Source: Pedosphaera sp.
Lineage (GTDB): Bacteria > Verrucomicrobiota > Verrucomicrobiia > Limisphaerales > SIBH01
Length of the DNA stretch: 26,955 bases
Direction of reading: 5' to 3'
Assembly (NCBI GenBank): GCA_031414955.1
Contig: JANOQV010000249.1
Location: 1 to 26,955 of the forward strand
Shown here: piece by piece, positions 23,149-26,955 of the stretch
Layout of the letters: each line of letters opens with the position of its first letter
How positions within the stretch are numbered: the stretch's first letter is position 1
The notes under the pieces: model-generated
The model's database searches: none
Told to the model about the DNA's origin: nothing
The model's input: the letters and a program-made list of their open reading frames with translations, nothing else
Position numbers and translations under genes: made by a program

Positions 23149-25143
23149 CTACGGCGCATCCACGGCTTCTTCCTTCCCCTTGAGGATGGTGAAGTAGTCG
23201 CGCACCACGGCCTGGTCGTCGATGAAGGTGGCGTCGAGGCGGTGGCCTTCGAAGTCGAGCACGAGCGAGCCGAGCGCGTTGAGCGACAGCGCCTGGACCG
23301 GATGCTGCAAACTGCCTCCGCTAATCTGCCCGGACGAACCGGCCACGACATAGATCGCACCCTCATGCGGCGCGGGACCGCGCGATGGTTTCAGGTAGAT
23401 GCCGGTGCCGTCCTTGCGCCCGTCCTTCATGCTCTTGAAATGCGTCTTCGCATCCAGGGTGGTGGAATTGCCGTAGTGACCATCGGTCAGATAGGATCGC
23501 TCGTAGGCGTGGCTGTGGCCGGTGAGCATCAGGTCGAGGCCGTGCGCTTCCAGGATGGGCAGGACGCGTTCGCGCATCATTCTCATGCGGGCTTCGCTGT
23601 CGCGGTCGTTGTCTGAATTATGGCTGCCCTTGGTGTAGGGCGGATGGTGGCAGTAGGCGATGAGCCAATCCTGTTGGTTGGCTTTGAGGTCGGCTTCAAG
23701 CCACTTCAACATCAAGCCGTCTTTCATCCAACTGCTGTCGCTCGAATCGATGCAGACGGCGTGAATGTTCGCGTAGTCGAAGGAGTAATAGGCCTCGGTG
23801 CCGGACATGACGCCGCCGGCCTGCCCCTGCGCGGGCATGGTGAAGATGTTGAAGTAAACGCCGTGTTCGATGGGCGAGTTCGCGCTGCCCGCGTCGTGAT
23901 TGCCCAGGGCCGGCCATAAAACGGATTTGCGCAGCATGGAGCCGTAGATGTCGAAGACGGCCCCTTGATACTCGGTGTCCTTGCCGGCGCTGTAGGCGAT
24001 GTCGCCGAGGATCAGCCAGAAGTCGGTCTTCCGGTCGCCGGTCCATCGGTAATAGGCGTCGCGCACGTCGCGCTCGGCTTTCTTGCGGGTGCCGGGGTCG
24101 CCGAGCACCCAGACGCGGGTGGGTTGGGGCCGGCCGATCTCGGGGTGGGTGACGAAGAAAGTGTTCGAGTCGCCGCCGGTGTGGATGAGGTTGGTCGTGC
24201 CGACGACAAAATTCTGACTGACCTTGCGCGCCGGTTTGGCCGGCTTGGTGCCATCGAGCCAGGAGACGCGGTTTGTGGTCGTCACGTAGAGCGAATTGTT
24301 GCTGATGCTGACCAGCACGGTGTTGTTGGGCGTGGTGACGATGAGCGCGGTATTGGTGGTGTGGGCGGTGAAGCTTTGCTCCGGGTCGGTGACACTGAGC
24401 TTCTTCTTCACGATGTTGAAGACGAAGGTGTCGCGCGTGGCCACGGCGATCTGCTCGCGAGTGCCGGGCTTGTGGACGAAGATGCGGGAGTTGGTGCTGC
24501 GGATGAACGCGACATTGTTCGTCCAGTGAACCACGAGCGGCGTGTCGTTGGGTCCGAAGGTGTAAAAGTATTTCGTGGCCGGGGCGAGATTGGTGAACTG
24601 CACCGCGTGCTCGGTGGACAGTCCACTGGACCGCGCGGAACGGTTCATGCGGGCGAGCGTCGCACCGTATGAGACCGAACTCGACGTCGGCAAATCCGTC
24701 CGCCACCGCACCACCATGCTGTTCGTGGTGCCCATCTGAAGATACGGCCCGCGAATGATGGTGGGAATCGCCTGGGCCGCGGGCGAGACGGAGAACTTGC
24801 CCTTCTGCACTCCGGCCCACCACGACGGTATGTTCGTGCCCAACCCCTCATCGGAAATGTTTTCCATCCAGGTCGGATACGTTTCTGTTTCCAGGTCGGG
24901 AAAAACTTTGTCCAGCCAGTTGGTGAAAGGCGTGGGCAGCAAACCGGCGGGATGATCGTGCAGCCATTCCGGATACGTCTTGGAGTTGATCTCGGGATAC
25001 GAGCGCGTGAGCCAGGGCCGGAACGAGTTGGTCAGCCACCCTCGCACGTCGTTGGTCTCGGCGGCGCGGGTCTGGGCGGCGGCGGGAATCGCGGCGGTCA
25101 GAGCCAGCACGGCCAGGACGAGGGCGAAGGGTTGCATGCGCAT
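23149..25143 (-). CDS. Secreted metallophosphoesterase (purple acid phosphatase-like)
   Basis: Signal peptide; RGPYLQ...VRWRT FN3-like PAP N-domain; calcineurin-like motifs GDPG, GDIAY, GNHD, HHPPY and GHSH.YER. Start taken at ATG 25143. Confidence 0.88.
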   Translation of the reverse strand: MRMQPFALVLAVLALTAAIPAAAQTRAAETNDVRGWLTNSFRPWLTRSYPEINSKTYPEWLHDHPAGLLPTPFTNWLDKVFPDLETETYPTWMENISDEGLGTNIPSWWAGVQKGKFSVSPAAQAIPTIIRGPYLQMGTTNSMVVRWRTDLPTSSSVSYGATLARMNRSARSSGLSTEHAVQFTNLAPATKYFYTFGPNDTPLVVHWTNNVAFIRSTNSRIFVHKPGTREQIAVATRDTFVFNIVKKKLSVTDPEQSFTAHTTNTALIVTTPNNTVLVSISNNSLYVTTTNRVSWLDGTKPAKPARKVSQNFVVGTTNLIHTGGDSNTFFVTHPEIGRPQPTRVWVLGDPGTRKKAERDVRDAYYRWTGDRKTDFWLILGDIAYSAGKDTEYQGAVFDIYGSMLRKSVLWPALGNHDAGSANSPIEHGVYFNIFTMPAQGQAGGVMSGTEAYYSFDYANIHAVCIDSSDSSWMKDGLMLKWLEADLKANQQDWLIAYCHHPPYTKGSHNSDNDRDSEARMRMMRERVLPILEAHGLDLMLTGHSHAYERSYLTDGHYGNSTTLDAKTHFKSMKDGRKDGTGIYLKPSRGPAPHEGAIYVVAGSSGQISGGSLQHPVQALSLNALGSLVLDFEGHRLDATFIDDQAVVRDYFTILKGKEEAVDAP

Positions 25144-25270
25144 GAGTCTGGAGTGACGTGGATGTGCCGGCAAGGGTAACGAGTTTTTGGCGTGGAGAAC
25201 ACGAAGGAGGCGGGCCGGCGCTTTCGCCCGCGCCGGCGCGTGATTCCGTCTGCCGCTTGCCATCCCCCCT

Positions 25271-26533
25271 CTATGAGAAGGATGAAAACAAATCCTGTTC
25301 GGGCCACTTCCCCACGGCGGCCGCGGCGCGGTGCAGGGCGGGGTCGATTTCTCCATCGGGAAGGGTCTTGTCCTCCGAGCGCAGATTGAACAAGGCGGCG
25401 ATACTCAACCCGTTGGCCAGCCGCATCAGCAGCGTGTTTGTGCCCGGGAGGCTGCCGGTGTGCCAATAGTTTGCCTGGCCACTTTTGCCCACCGGTCTCA
25501 CCGACCAGCCGCCAGCGTAGAAGGCATTCTCCAAAGAACCGTCGACCTGGCGCGAGACCGGCGGTGGTGGCGGGGCATACAGGGCGGCGAAACTCGCGGG
25601 CTGGAGCAACGGACTACGCTGTGGATCGTCAAGGGCCGAGGCGAAGCGCGCCAGATCCACGGCCGAGGCGAGCCAGCCTCCGTGCGCATCCATCGCTTCG
25701 AGGTGAAATCCGCCGTAAGGCCACGGCACTTGCGTCGGTTGGTCCGGGAAAACACTCTGCGTCCGTCCGTGGCCGCTCATGTAGTAACGCACTTCGCCAG
25801 GGGCTTGTTGGCCATCGAGCGACGCTCCGATGCCCATTCGTTTGATGCCTGCGGGCGCGAGGATTTGTTCCCGCACGAACTTCTCGTAAGTCTGGCCGCT
25901 GACTTTCTCGATGACGCGGCCCAGCACGCAGTAGCCGAAGTTCGAGTAGGCGTAGCGCGTGCCCGGCTCGAAATCGAGCGGGCGTGAAAACATGTAGCGA
26001 ATGACTGCGACCGGCCCGGCGGGCGGCGGCGTGTTCGTGACGCGGGCGATTTCGCCCGGGCGGAACATGGGATCGAAGCTTTTGTCGCGATCCCAGCCGC
26101 CCGTGTGTTGCAGCAACTGGCGAATCGTGATGTTTCGGAGGCGCGGCTCGGGATCGCGAAGGGACGCCACGGCGGGCGCCAGTTCGAGCAAGGGAATGGC
26201 CTTCGTGTCGAGCGTGAGCTTCCCGTCCTCGATCAGTTTCATCACCGCCACCGCCGTAATCGGTTTCGACACGCTGGCGATGCGGAACAGCGAATCAGCC
26301 TGCACCGGAATTTTCGCGTCGCGATCCGCCCACCCGTAGCCGCGCGCATAGACCAGTCGCCGATTCTTAACCACGGCCAGCGCCCCGCCCGGCACCTGGC
26401 GCGCAGCCATGAAGGCTCCCATCTCCCGATCGAATGAGGCCAGAGCGCGGGTCGGGCGTGCGTGCCACGCACACGATGTCGTCGAAGCCGCGAGCGCCAT
26501 CGCGCCGGTCTGGATGAATTGTCGTCGATTCAT
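25271..26533 (-). CDS. Serine hydrolase, beta-lactamase class C / AmpH-like family, Tat-exported
   Basis: Tat signal MNRRQFI, F.IASVSK (SxxK), LLQHTGG, PGTRYAYSN (YxN) and WHTGSLPG. Confidence 0.92.
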   Translation of the reverse strand: MNRRQFIQTGAMALAASTTSCAWHARPTRALASFDREMGAFMAARQVPGGALAVVKNRRLVYARGYGWADRDAKIPVQADSLFRIASVSKPITAVAVMKLIEDGKLTLDTKAIPLLELAPAVASLRDPEPRLRNITIRQLLQHTGGWDRDKSFDPMFRPGEIARVTNTPPPAGPVAVIRYMFSRPLDFEPGTRYAYSNFGYCVLGRVIEKVSGQTYEKFVREQILAPAGIKRMGIGASLDGQQAPGEVRYYMSGHGRTQSVFPDQPTQVPWPYGGFHLEAMDAHGGWLASAVDLARFASALDDPQRSPLLQPASFAALYAPPPPPVSRQVDGSLENAFYAGGWSVRPVGKSGQANYWHTGSLPGTNTLLMRLANGLSIAALFNLRSEDKTLPDGEIDPALHRAAAAVGKWPEQDLFSSFS

Positions 26534-26652
26534 GTCGTTGATTACTATTGCTCCCAGCCCGTGGGCCGGGAAGCGGTGTTTTCAATGCCCTCCCCCGCAC
26601 GATTCGGCACCAGAGATTCGATTTGCGACGGAATGAGTTTGCGCATTGAGAG

Positions 26653-26841
26653 ATGAAAAACACCGTCGTTTCCGTTTTCAATTGCCTCCGGGCCCACCCG
26701 GTGCTGACGGCCATGTTGATTGGCGCGCTGTGGGTCGCGTGCATTCGGATCTACTACTGGCTCGAGCCGTGGCTGCCCTCACATACCCACGGCTTGCGCC
26801 ATTGGTATCTACACAAGTCAGGATGTGTCCGATTTCATTGA
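26653..26841 (+). CDS. Possible small membrane protein or gene remnant (62 aa)
   Basis: GAGAG precedes the ATG and there is one hydrophobic helix. It ends immediately before a repeat element. Support is weak. Confidence 0.3.
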   Translation: MKNTVVSVFNCLRAHPVLTAMLIGALWVACIRIYYWLEPWLPSHTHGLRHWYLHKSGCVRFH

Positions 26842-26846
26842 TCTTT

Positions 26847-26955
26847 CTCCCTCTCCTCCTGACGCAGGAAGGTGGAGAGGGCCGGGGAGAGGAGGCCTGT
26901 TTTGCTGGGGATTCCCCTCTCCCTGACCCTCTCCCCACTCCTGCGTCGTGGGGAG
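26847..26955. repeat. 'CCCTCTCCC/GGGAGAGGG' palindromic repeat doublet, truncated by the window end
   Basis: GACGCAGGAAGGTGGAGAGGGCCGGGGAGAGG (26861-26892) is approximately inverted to CCTCTCCCTGACCCTCTCCCCACTCCTGCGTC (26916-26947). Confidence 0.85.

Noticed and set aside
25271..26533. Antibiotic-resistance beta-lactamase call
   Set aside because: The motifs only place it in the broad serine hydrolase/AmpH-like family (HTG rather than KTG). Activity cannot be inferred.

Overview
GC-rich bacterial chromosomal segment. The gene style, repeat families and 'FFRL'-tailed Ig proteins suggest Verrucomicrobiota (subdivision 3-like); this is inference. Left to right: the 3' end of an IS5-family element; an ion-transporter-superfamily antiporter; waaA; a minus-strand partial type II secretion operon (gspF-H-I-J-K, all translationally coupled); larE-like and FmdB-like zinc-ribbon genes; a ~1370-aa secreted Ig/jelly-roll protein; glnS; a YddW/GHL10-like hydrolase; a zinc aminopeptidase; an unknown 332-aa protein; an XRE regulator; a divergent secreted protein plus coupled partner gene with AT-richer DNA; a purple-acid-phosphatase-like protein; and a Tat-exported serine hydrolase. 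Two non-gene signals stand out. (1) Many short repeat elements (five distinct 7-bp-period tandem families, some arranged as inverted arms, plus GTAG/GGAG-tagged REP-like palindromes) sit in-frame in permissive protein segments: the cleavable leaders of three consecutive pseudopilins, a GlnRS loop, and a LarE loop and C-terminus. (2) An unexplained 14-unit, strictly phased, sequence-drifting 21-bp array (19895-20188) lies between the XRE gene and the unknown gene. All calls are by eye; no searches were run.
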